The notes below the pieces were generated by a model that saw nothing but the letters and a program-made list of their open reading frames with translations, ran no database searches and was not told the origin of the DNA. Positions 18,222 to 25,504 of a stretch of 64,000 nt of DNA are shown piece by piece. Each line of letters opens with the position of its first letter. The first letter of the stretch is position 1. A program made the translations under genes and the position numbers. This DNA comes from a virus (lineage: Duplodnaviria; Caudoviricetes), in IMG/VR virus record IMGVR_UViG_3300021426_000009, positions 10,121 to 74,120 of that record. One strand, 5' to 3'.

Positions 18222-18278
18222 GAAGTTATAGGTAACGGGAGGGGTAACCGCCCTCCCACTAAGAGCAATATAAGAAAC

Positions 18279-19196
18279 ATGGAAGTAAAGATTTTAGGAT
18301 GGTCGCCATCCAAGACATTCAGAGAGGATGGAAGCAACATGAAGATTAACGTTCATGTACGTCTGCATGACGAGTGTAAGAACGGGCATTACGACTTCAG
18401 CATCACAGGCGAGGTGTACAGACAGGCCGCTAACGGACGATGGGTCGATGACAGATGCGGTTGCATCCATGAGGACATCGAGAGACTGTTCCCTCAGCTG
18501 AAGAAGTTCATCCCCCTGCATTGCTGCAACTACCTCGGACACCCGATGTACCCTGAGGCCAACGGCCAGTACTTCATCAGGGAGAAGGGCAAGGAGGTTG
18601 CGATGGAGCAGCTTCGTATCACGGAGAAGGAGTACGACATTCTCAGCCTCGCAGCAGATGACGAGGAGCGTCCGTATTTCAAGTACCTGCTGTTCACTCT
18701 CGGAATCGTTGATCGCTGGAAGCAGGAAGCCGACGAGTTCATCAAGTTCCTCGAGGAGAAGACAGGCAATACGTGGGTCAACCCATACAAACCCGAGGAA
18801 GAGCGCAACATCATGCGCCTGACAGAGGATGAGCGCAATGAGATTAAGAAGAAGATCGATGAGGGCTACTATTCGGTGGAAGCCCAGAAGGCACGTAGGG
18901 AGGCACGCTACAAGGCTGCCCAGGATGCCATCAGGAACAGAATCATCGAGAGATACGAAGAGACGGAGAGGAAAGCCCGTGAGGAGCGTGACATCAAGCT
19001 GTACATCTTCGACAGCGGGATGCCCATCGACAACGTGATTTACTACGACCACACGAAGCAGGTGGTGTTCAACTGGCAGGACTGGGAAAAGAAGGTCACT
19101 CAGGAGCAGTTCGTGGATTTCGTCAACAAGGTCGACTACTCAAAGCTGCCGGAGGGTGTGACGTTCCACTTCGGCAAGGATGACAGGAAGAAGTAA
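18279..19196 (+). CDS. Hypothetical protein with Cys/His motifs (island 1)
   Basis: DECKNGHYDFSITG, GCIHEDI and LHCCNYLGHPMY motifs. Confidence 0.75.
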   Translation: MEVKILGWSPSKTFREDGSNMKINVHVRLHDECKNGHYDFSITGEVYRQAANGRWVDDRCGCIHEDIERLFPQLKKFIPLHCCNYLGHPMYPEANGQYFIREKGKEVAMEQLRITEKEYDILSLAADDEERPYFKYLLFTLGIVDRWKQEADEFIKFLEEKTGNTWVNPYKPEEERNIMRLTEDERNEIKKKIDEGYYSVEAQKARREARYKAAQDAIRNRIIERYEETERKAREERDIKLYIFDSGMPIDNVIYYDHTKQVVFNWQDWEKKVTQEQFVDFVNKVDYSKLPEGVTFHFGKDDRKK

Positions 19197-19226
19197 CATG
19201 AGTATTAACGAATAAAGATTAAGAGT

Positions 19227-19877
19227 ATGGAATTTTTCAAGACGATTGCAGATTTCCTGCAGGACGGCCAACAGGTTACGATGGCCATCAGAAAGAGCGG
19301 TGGCAACATCGCAGTGAGTATCATGCCCGACAACCGAGGTGTCAAGGATAAGGCAGTGGAGAACATCACTCCGCTGGTCATGAGCGGCACACCCGAAGAC
19401 TTCGAGGAAGGCTTCAAGGATGCCCTCAAGCCGCTGGCACAGGCTCAGGGACTGGTGTCCAACATCAAGGAGTTCGAGGAGGGAACGGAGAAGGCAAAGC
19501 GTGAGTCCGAAATGGCTAAGAAGCTCAAGGACGAGGCGGCCAAGCAGAAGAAGGAGTTCAACGACCTCATCACTCTCGCACGTAAGAACAAGGACGAGCA
19601 CAAGTTCAAGGATGCACGTTCCATCCTCGCCAAGGCATCGGCACTGCCGTCTGCCGACAAGGCTCTCATCGGTAAGGTGATGAAGGAGATCGACGATACA
19701 GCCGGTGTGGGCAACATGTTCATACAGGAGGAGGACAAGAGTGACGGCAAGGACTTGGGAGCCAAGGCTCCTGAGAAACCTTCAGAGGCAAAGCCCGAAG
19801 ATGCAGCAGCTGCTGACGCTTTTGCTCAGGCAATGGAGTTAGATGACAATGATAACGAAAACGAAGAGGAGGAATAG
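19227..19877 (+). CDS. PRTRC system protein E
   Basis: MEFF..IA, I.VS..P and PLVMSGTPEDFEEGF..AL..P motifs; first gene of the cassette. Confidence 0.85.
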   Translation: MEFFKTIADFLQDGQQVTMAIRKSGGNIAVSIMPDNRGVKDKAVENITPLVMSGTPEDFEEGFKDALKPLAQAQGLVSNIKEFEEGTEKAKRESEMAKKLKDEAAKQKKEFNDLITLARKNKDEHKFKDARSILAKASALPSADKALIGKVMKEIDDTAGVGNMFIQEEDKSDGKDLGAKAPEKPSEAKPEDAAAADAFAQAMELDDNDNENEEEE

Positions 19878-19880
19878 TAT

Positions 19881-20093
19881 ATGGCACTGAATGTAACAGG
19901 AATGAAGCGTGTGTTCAAGCATGGAACACGAGAGTTGGAAGACCCCGACAAGAACATGTCCCCTGAAGAGGTGATGCAGTTCTACTCGGCTACCTATCCA
20001 GAGTTGACGACGAGTAACGTACACGGCCCGAAGGTCGATGACCGTAACAGGGCTGTGTATGAGTTCAAGACGACAGTTGGTACTAAGGGATGA
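19881..20093 (+). CDS. PRTRC system protein C (ubiquitin-like, C-terminal Gly)
   Basis: LEDPDKNMSPEEVMQFYSATYPELTT ... TTVGTKG-stop. Confidence 0.9.
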   Translation: MALNVTGMKRVFKHGTRELEDPDKNMSPEEVMQFYSATYPELTTSNVHGPKVDDRNRAVYEFKTTVGTKG

Positions 20094-20097
20094 AGAA

Positions 20098-21285
20098 ATG
20101 CAACAAGGAGCTACCAGAGTTTCACAAGGCTTTGTATTCGGTACTGGAGTCAGAACGAAGGCAAGAGTTCAGGGCAAGGGACGAGGAGCGGCAACCGCTG
20201 CTCCCTCCCTCTGCGCCCCTGCTTTTCTGACCTCCCCGATACGACCGATACGTCCGACGAGCGAAGATACCGCTGCAAGGCTGGAGATAGACATAGACAA
20301 GAGCTATGCCAACGTCTCCGCAAGCCTTAGGCGGTTCTTCAAGGTCGTTGGTATCGAGTACGACTACGAGCCGAAGAAGGACCTCACAAGGGCTCAGCAG
20401 CTTGGAGAGCTGATAGACTACGGAGAGAAGAAGATGGATTCTCTCGGACTTTCCCTTGCGGTCAGTAAGAAGGATTGTCAAGGAGGCGATGTCGATACCC
20501 TTGAATGTGTGGTGTATCGGTGGGGTAAGGAGTTAGAGGACACGATCGTCATCCTCTATTGTGCCCCTGCTGTATATATGTCCCCTGAAGGTTGTCAGAT
20601 GTACAAGCGGTTCATGAAGTTCGTCACGGTGAGCACGGGAATACCTCTCGGCATCCCTGAGCATACGGAGAACTTCTACCTTGACTGCATCGTCAACATG
20701 GATGATGACTACATGTACGAGGATGAAGAGGAAGAGGAAAAAGACCCTGTCATCCTGAAGTACAGGCAGGACGGTGAGTTCTGGAACCTCTTCGACGAGA
20801 TTGGAGGACTGCCTAAGGAGAAGCCTGGCGATCTGTATGCAGCACTCGATGACTACCGCCAGCGATGTCCGGATGATGAGACAGAGGTGGTGGAGGCCAT
20901 GATGGAGGGCATAGACATCATCAAGTATGCGAACTACTACTGGTTCGAGTTCAACCCAGACGATGACGGGCTTCCCAACGAGTGGGGCAACGACAGCGCA
21001 GACGGATATGCAAGCAGCGTGTTCGCCTCTGCCATCCTCTTCTCCGAGCAGGACGGAATCTCAGAGCAGCTGCTGGACACCGTGAACAACGAAGTGAATG
21101 CCGGTATCATGATGACTGGCTGGAATATTCATCAATGGCTGTCACCGAAGACGGCGAAGGCCGACATACTCGAGTTCATGCGATGCAAGGACCTGTGCGC
21201 ATCACTCGATGACTGGCTGAGGACGTTCTATCGGGCAACCGAGAAATTTGACTTATATGGGAAATCTGAGCAAGATACTGAATGA
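20098..21285 (+). CDS. PRTRC-associated protein (protein F position)
   Basis: Sits between C and B; acidic, about 395 aa; likely start MQQG at 20098. Confidence 0.6.
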   Translation: MQQGATRVSQGFVFGTGVRTKARVQGKGRGAATAAPSLCAPAFLTSPIRPIRPTSEDTAARLEIDIDKSYANVSASLRRFFKVVGIEYDYEPKKDLTRAQQLGELIDYGEKKMDSLGLSLAVSKKDCQGGDVDTLECVVYRWGKELEDTIVILYCAPAVYMSPEGCQMYKRFMKFVTVSTGIPLGIPEHTENFYLDCIVNMDDDYMYEDEEEEEKDPVILKYRQDGEFWNLFDEIGGLPKEKPGDLYAALDDYRQRCPDDETEVVEAMMEGIDIIKYANYYWFEFNPDDDGLPNEWGNDSADGYASSVFASAILFSEQDGISEQLLDTVNNEVNAGIMMTGWNIHQWLSPKTAKADILEFMRCKDLCASLDDWLRTFYRATEKFDLYGKSEQDTE

Positions 21286-21955
21286 GAAACTGGAGGCTAC
21301 CGATGCTTTGGTGTTCTACAAGAGCAACCTCAATGAGGGTGCGTATGTGGAGCATCGTCCAATCATAAACGGAGCGATGTGCGCAGGTAAGCCTCTCGAA
21401 GTCGATGTCATAGCAAAGCTGCTGAAGACGGTCGACAAGTATGCGCACGGAACAACGTCGATGGTGTCACTCCATGGAGAGATACCTGAGAACCTGCTGT
21501 ATGCCAGTACGAGCATCGACTCCTACCGACTGGTGTGGTACAGGAAGCCGGAGAAGAGAATGTTCTTTTTCTCCGAGAGCCTCGGCATACCGAACGGGGA
21601 GGTGATGGTTCCTGGTCTTGTCTATGTGACGGACGGCAAAGGCCTCTCGATGTATGCCTTCAAGGGAAGGAAGCCGAAGAAGCTGCTGTATCAGGCTCCG
21701 TTCTTCAATACGAGCACAAACGTATGCCTCGGAAACGGAAAGCTGCCAAAGCCGAAGGATCAGACCTATGCGAACTGGATGGCCTACTGGGAGGAGCTGT
21801 TTTGGAAGACGGAGTTCTCCCACCTGATGGGCGGCAACCCTGTCAAGGGTAACCTCTCCATCATCATGAAGGAGTGCATAAGCGGTCACAAACCGTTCCC
21901 TGTGAACTCACTGATAGCAACAAGAACAACCCTACAAGCATTATACAGGAAATGA
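21257..21955 (+). CDS. PRTRC system protein B (prokaryotic E2-like)
   Basis: LVWYRKPEKR..FF, VPGLVY and LYQAPFFN...NVCLGN (candidate catalytic Cys), WEELFWKTEFSH. Confidence 0.88.
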   Translation: MGNLSKILNEKLEATDALVFYKSNLNEGAYVEHRPIINGAMCAGKPLEVDVIAKLLKTVDKYAHGTTSMVSLHGEIPENLLYASTSIDSYRLVWYRKPEKRMFFFSESLGIPNGEVMVPGLVYVTDGKGLSMYAFKGRKPKKLLYQAPFFNTSTNVCLGNGKLPKPKDQTYANWMAYWEELFWKTEFSHLMGGNPVKGNLSIIMKECISGHKPFPVNSLIATRTTLQALYRK

Positions 21956-22728
21956 AGTACAAGCATTATGTTCATCCGTACATTTTAGACCCTGCGCATC
22001 CGCTGACGGTAGCCTTGATAGGTGCCGGAGGGACAGGCTCACAGGTGTTGACCTCCCTCGGTAGGATGAATTACGCATTGAGGGAGCTCGGCCATCAGGG
22101 CCTGCATGTGAAGGTGTATGACGCAGACATCGTGACAGCTGCCAACTGCGGACGTCAGCTTTTCTCCCCAGTGGAGGTAGGACGGAACAAGGCAGAGGTG
22201 TTGACAACGAAGCTGAACATGTTCTTCGGAACGTCATGGGAAAGCATCCCCGAAATGTATGACGAGAGGACTGGACACACGAACTTCGTGATTTCATGCG
22301 TCGATACGGTTGCATCGAGGCTGGCCATCAGGAAGAACATTATCAGGGAGGACTCAAGAGCCGCCCGTGGCTATGACATGGAGAGAAGCTACTACTGGCT
22401 GGACTTCGGCAACACGCAGTCCACAGGTCAGGTGATACTCGGAACGACGAGAGACCTCTCCTGCAACAAGCGGAAGGATAATGTCGGTCTGTTAAGGTGC
22501 GTGACGGACTTCTTCGACCTCAGCAAGGTCAACGAGAAGAAGAGCGGCCCAAGCTGCTCACTCGCTGAAGCACTGACGAAGCAAGACCTGTTCATCAACT
22601 CTACTCTCGCCCAGATAGGCATGGCGATTCTTTGGAAGATGTTCTCGAAGGGAGTACTGGAGACACAGGGTGCCTTCCTGAACCTCGATACGATGAAAGT
22701 GAATCCGATAAAGGTAGAGAAGATATGA
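21952..22728 (+). CDS. PRTRC ThiF-family E1-like enzyme
   Basis: LIGAGGTGSQV, D.D.V..ANCGRQ, ISCVD, WLDFGN and PSCSLAEAL..QDLFIN motifs. Confidence 0.92.
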   Translation: MKYKHYVHPYILDPAHPLTVALIGAGGTGSQVLTSLGRMNYALRELGHQGLHVKVYDADIVTAANCGRQLFSPVEVGRNKAEVLTTKLNMFFGTSWESIPEMYDERTGHTNFVISCVDTVASRLAIRKNIIREDSRAARGYDMERSYYWLDFGNTQSTGQVILGTTRDLSCNKRKDNVGLLRCVTDFFDLSKVNEKKSGPSCSLAEALTKQDLFINSTLAQIGMAILWKMFSKGVLETQGAFLNLDTMKVNPIKVEKI

Positions 22729-23003
22729 AGAAGTTCAAGTTCACTCAGGCCGTCAGGATAGGCAAGAACATCAGCGACATCTTTAAGCTGAGGTGTGTTA
22801 GCTTCATCAGCAAGAACCCTCCGATATGCGGTCCGCATTTTCACCTGTACCCAGGTCTGATGTGGGACTACAAGGAGGATCTGTCGCACAGGCACGTTGC
22901 CCATGAGGGTGACTGGCTTTGCGAGGACGAGGATGGTCTTTGGCATATCCTCAGTGACGACGAGTATCAGAAGGACTACGGAAATGATGTCAATCAGGAA
23001 TGA
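22725..23003 (+). CDS. Hypothetical protein
   Basis: ATGA-coupled; AHEGDWLCEDEDGLW motif. Confidence 0.6.
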   Translation: MKKFKFTQAVRIGKNISDIFKLRCVSFISKNPPICGPHFHLYPGLMWDYKEDLSHRHVAHEGDWLCEDEDGLWHILSDDEYQKDYGNDVNQE

Positions 23004-23266
23004 GTATGGGAAGGCCGGTAGGTAACGGACTGATTGAGTTGGTCGATGAGAAGTCTCATGACAGAGGCTTCTTCTGTATGGAATTGACGGCATTCATCAG
23101 GAAGGAGTCAAAGGAGTCTGGACGGACGATAGCCGATCTGTGGGACGAGCGTTTCGGGGAGGCAAGAAGCGGTGTATGCCGCTATCGCAACACCTGCCAC
23201 ATCTATGCGAGAACGATGGGCAAGGTAGAGAAAAGACCGATACAGCTCCAGTTGGAGTTTCTTTGA
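23000..23266 (+). CDS. Hypothetical protein
   Basis: ORF track. Confidence 0.55.
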   Translation: MSMGRPVGNGLIELVDEKSHDRGFFCMELTAFIRKESKESGRTIADLWDERFGEARSGVCRYRNTCHIYARTMGKVEKRPIQLQLEFL

Positions 23267-23313
23267 GAAATGTTAAATAACTCTTAAATTAGGCTATTTT
23301 AATGCACTTTGTG

Positions 23314-23343
23314 CGTTATTTTCAAGCATTTTTTGTAACTTTG
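23314..23343 (+). promoter_or_regulatory. Promoter (-7 TAACTTTG at 23336) upstream of the DUF488/tRNA/modification/terminase block
   Basis: TTTTCAAGCATTTTTTGTAACTTTGCA closely resembles the 11512 and 33391 promoters. Confidence 0.7.
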
Positions 23344-23363
23344 CATAATAAATCAAAACATAT

Positions 23364-23762
23364 ATGAAGATATATACAAGTTATTTCGGAAACCTCAGAG
23401 CGTTAGGAAACGCTGGCATAATGCCGATCAGCATAGCAAGATATTCGCCAAAATGGTATGACGGGGCACGTTTCCCTGGTGTCGCTCCGACGAGTTACAT
23501 GCTCAGCGGTGCTTGCAGCCATGAGGAATACCTGAAGAAGTATCAGGAGATACTGAACAGACTGGACCCTCATCAGGTGATTAAGAACATTCAGGCATTC
23601 AGCGGAGGCAGGGACGTGGCTCTCTGCTGCTACGAGAAGCCTGGCGATTTCTGTCACCGACACCTCCTTTCGGAATGGCTGAGGAACAACGGCTATGATG
23701 TGAATGAATGGAAGCCGGAGGAGAAGAAGGAGGAAGTCCAGCAGCTGTCGCTATTCGATTAG
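23364..23762 (+). CDS. DUF488-like protein
   Basis: MKIYTSYF, ISIAR..PKWY, LAP-like GVAPT and LCCYEKPGDFCHRHL motifs. Confidence 0.8.
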   Translation: MKIYTSYFGNLRALGNAGIMPISIARYSPKWYDGARFPGVAPTSYMLSGACSHEEYLKKYQEILNRLDPHQVIKNIQAFSGGRDVALCCYEKPGDFCHRHLLSEWLRNNGYDVNEWKPEEKKEEVQQLSLFD

Positions 23763-23837
23763 GTTGTGTTTTTCTTTAGAGCCATATAAGTAAAATGAAT
23801 ACTCAGAAGGTCTGCCATCCGTGAGGAACGCAGATTT

Positions 23838-23911
23838 GGACCGATAGCTCAGCAGGATAGAGCGGCTGCCTCCTAAGCAGCAGGTCGGGGGTTCGAATCC
23901 CTTTCGGTTCA
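23838..23911 (+). tRNA. tRNA-Arg(CCT)
   Basis: Full cloverleaf: GGACCGA/TCGGTTC, GCTC/GAGC, GCTGC-CTCCTAA-GCAGC, GGGGG-TTCGAAT-CCCTT. Confidence 0.92.
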
Positions 23912-23968
23912 CAGACTGGAGAAGATGTAGGGGTCAGGGTGAAATCCATAAGCCCTGATGAGTAAAGG

Positions 23969-24021
23969 GAAGCCAGATGTGGATGCTGGCAAACATGCAG
24001 GTTCGAATCCTGTCAGCTTCA
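23969..24021 (+). ncRNA. Truncated tRNA-like element (acceptor-like stem, one hairpin, perfect T-arm)
   Basis: GAAGC/GCTTC, GCCAG/CTGGC and GCAGG-TTCGAAT-CCTGT; no canonical D plus anticodon arms. Confidence 0.45.
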
Positions 24022-24027
24022 AAGGTT

Positions 24028-24097
24028 TAGCAGTTAGCTCAAGTAGAGCGCCCGATCGCTAATCGGGAGGTTAAGGGTTCGAGTCCCTTACTGCGCA
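24028..24097 (+). tRNA. Non-canonical tRNA-like RNA, anticodon GCT in a class-I body
   Basis: CCCGA-TCGCTAA-TCGGG arm with C33; short variable loop; only 5 acceptor pairs (GCAGT/ACTGC); 5-nt D loop. Confidence 0.6.
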
Positions 24098-24185
24098 TCT
24101 ATATCGGTGTTCCGTTACGGAGCGAGTAAGTCCAGGAAAAGAGGCACGCAGTCCAATCGACATGACCGAAACGGACACCGAAAAT

Positions 24186-24257
24186 CGCGGAGTAGAGCAG
24201 TGGTAGCTCGCTACGCTCATAACGTAGAGGTCGCAGGTTCGAGCCCTGTCTCCGCAA
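24186..24257 (+). tRNA. tRNA-Met(CAT), initiator-like body
   Basis: CGCGGAG/CTCCGCA with C1:A72 mismatch; CTACG-CTCATAA-CGTAG anticodon arm. Confidence 0.88.
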
Positions 24258-24332
24258 CAGAGAGAGTACTTAGCCGTAGAGGAAACTCCCCAATAAACAC
24301 GAAACGGCATGAACGTGCGAGTCGTCATGGTA

Positions 24333-24419
24333 GAACAAGTAGCTATAAGTCGGTAGTCCGACATTGGTGAGAGCCCCGTCGTGTACGGGAGGTTTTGGGT
24401 TCGAGTCCCGACTTGTTCA
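24333..24419 (+). tRNA. Non-canonical tRNA-like RNA (nominal anticodon GTG) with a hairpin inserted in the D loop
   Basis: GAACAAG/CTTGTTC 7-bp acceptor; GTCGG-TAGT-CCGAC insert; CCCG-TCGTGTA-CGGG; TTGGG-TTCGAGT-CCCGA. Confidence 0.55.
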
Positions 24420-24436
24420 CGAGAAATATCATTGTC

Positions 24437-25504
24437 ATGAAAGTAGCAATTATCGGAACTGGGAACGTCGGCATCGCCATAGCTGCCGACTTGTCTATCA
24501 GGGAGCATGAGGTGTCCCTGATAAAGACGTCAAATGTGAGATCGGAGGCCTATGACAGGCTTCTCAGGAACAACAACCGTGTGTACTTAAAGGAGGACGG
24601 AACCTATACGCAGACCACCATCAAGGAGGTAACACGGGACATCACTAAGATTTCGGATGCGGAGGTGGTCATCGTGACCATCCAGAGCACCTACCACGAA
24701 GAGCTGTACAAGAGGATAGCCCCGTATCTGAAAGGCAGTCAGGTGGTGCTCATCATCTGCAGCTATATGTCTTCTTTCTACCTGTCGAAGTATTGTCAGG
24801 TGCTGCCTGCCATCGCAGAGGCTACTGGCCCCTACCTCGAGGGTCGTGTGGAACTGAACGATATGAAGGAAGAGGTGGTATTTAGGGTAGGATGCAGGCT
24901 TACGAGAAGCCCGCTGTCGGTGTTCCATCCAAATCGTGCCAATGAGTGCATGGAGAAGCTGAAAGCCCTGTACAAGGGCCTGAGCAACGACTACTCTGTC
25001 ATAGAGTCAGCCCTGCTGAACCCGAACCTCGTGATTCACACCGTAGGAGCCGTCATGAGCATCCCTCGCATCGAGTACAGCGACGGGAACTTCTGCATGT
25101 ATCGTGAGGCTTACAGTCACAAGAACCAGGCCACGCTCAACGTCATGTTCAAGCTGGATGAGGAGAAGAAGAAAGTTCTGATAGCGCTCAACAGCAGGGG
25201 TATCGACATCTTGGAGGCCGGTGGCTTCCTGAAGGGCATGGAGAGCTTCTATGAGTATTCCGAGTCGGAAGACAGGGCCATCAGTCCGACCTCGATACAC
25301 TCGAGATACATCACGGAGGACGTTTCTCAGGGACTGGTACTGATGGAGAGCATAGCCAACTATCTCGGTATCATCGTGCCAGTTACGACTTCTCTCATAG
25401 ACCTCGCAAGCGCAGCCCTCGGCATTGATTTCAGGCTCGAGGGACGCAGTATATTCTCGCTGGATGCCGACAGATACATTGACCACCTGACGCATAGACT
25501 ATGA
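24437..25504 (+). CDS. NAD(P)-dependent opine (octopine/nopaline) dehydrogenase family protein
   Basis: MKVAIIGTGNVG Rossmann motif; LLNPNLVIHTVG and SRYITEDVSQGL match Octopine_DH domain motifs. Confidence 0.88.
   Translation: MKVAIIGTGNVGIAIAADLSIREHEVSLIKTSNVRSEAYDRLLRNNNRVYLKEDGTYTQTTIKEVTRDITKISDAEVVIVTIQSTYHEELYKRIAPYLKGSQVVLIICSYMSSFYLSKYCQVLPAIAEATGPYLEGRVELNDMKEEVVFRVGCRLTRSPLSVFHPNRANECMEKLKALYKGLSNDYSVIESALLNPNLVIHTVGAVMSIPRIEYSDGNFCMYREAYSHKNQATLNVMFKLDEEKKKVLIALNSRGIDILEAGGFLKGMESFYEYSESEDRAISPTSIHSRYITEDVSQGLVLMESIANYLGIIVPVTTSLIDLASAALGIDFRLEGRSIFSLDADRYIDHLTHRL

Noticed and set aside
23925-23965. Hammerhead ribozyme (CTGATGAG plus GAAA)
   Set aside because: Only 10 nt separate GAAA and CTGATGA, too few for stems III and I.
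23912-24185. Theta/HDV-like ribozymes behind tRNAs
   Set aside because: I could not fit the nested P1/P2/P3/P1.1 pseudoknot by eye; an Infernal or RNArobo search would be needed to exclude it firmly.
24275-24310. Type III hammerhead-like layout (GCCGTA, GAG-GAAA-CTC, GAAACGGC)
   Set aside because: The catalytic CUGANGA core is absent (CCCAATAA) and there is no stem II.
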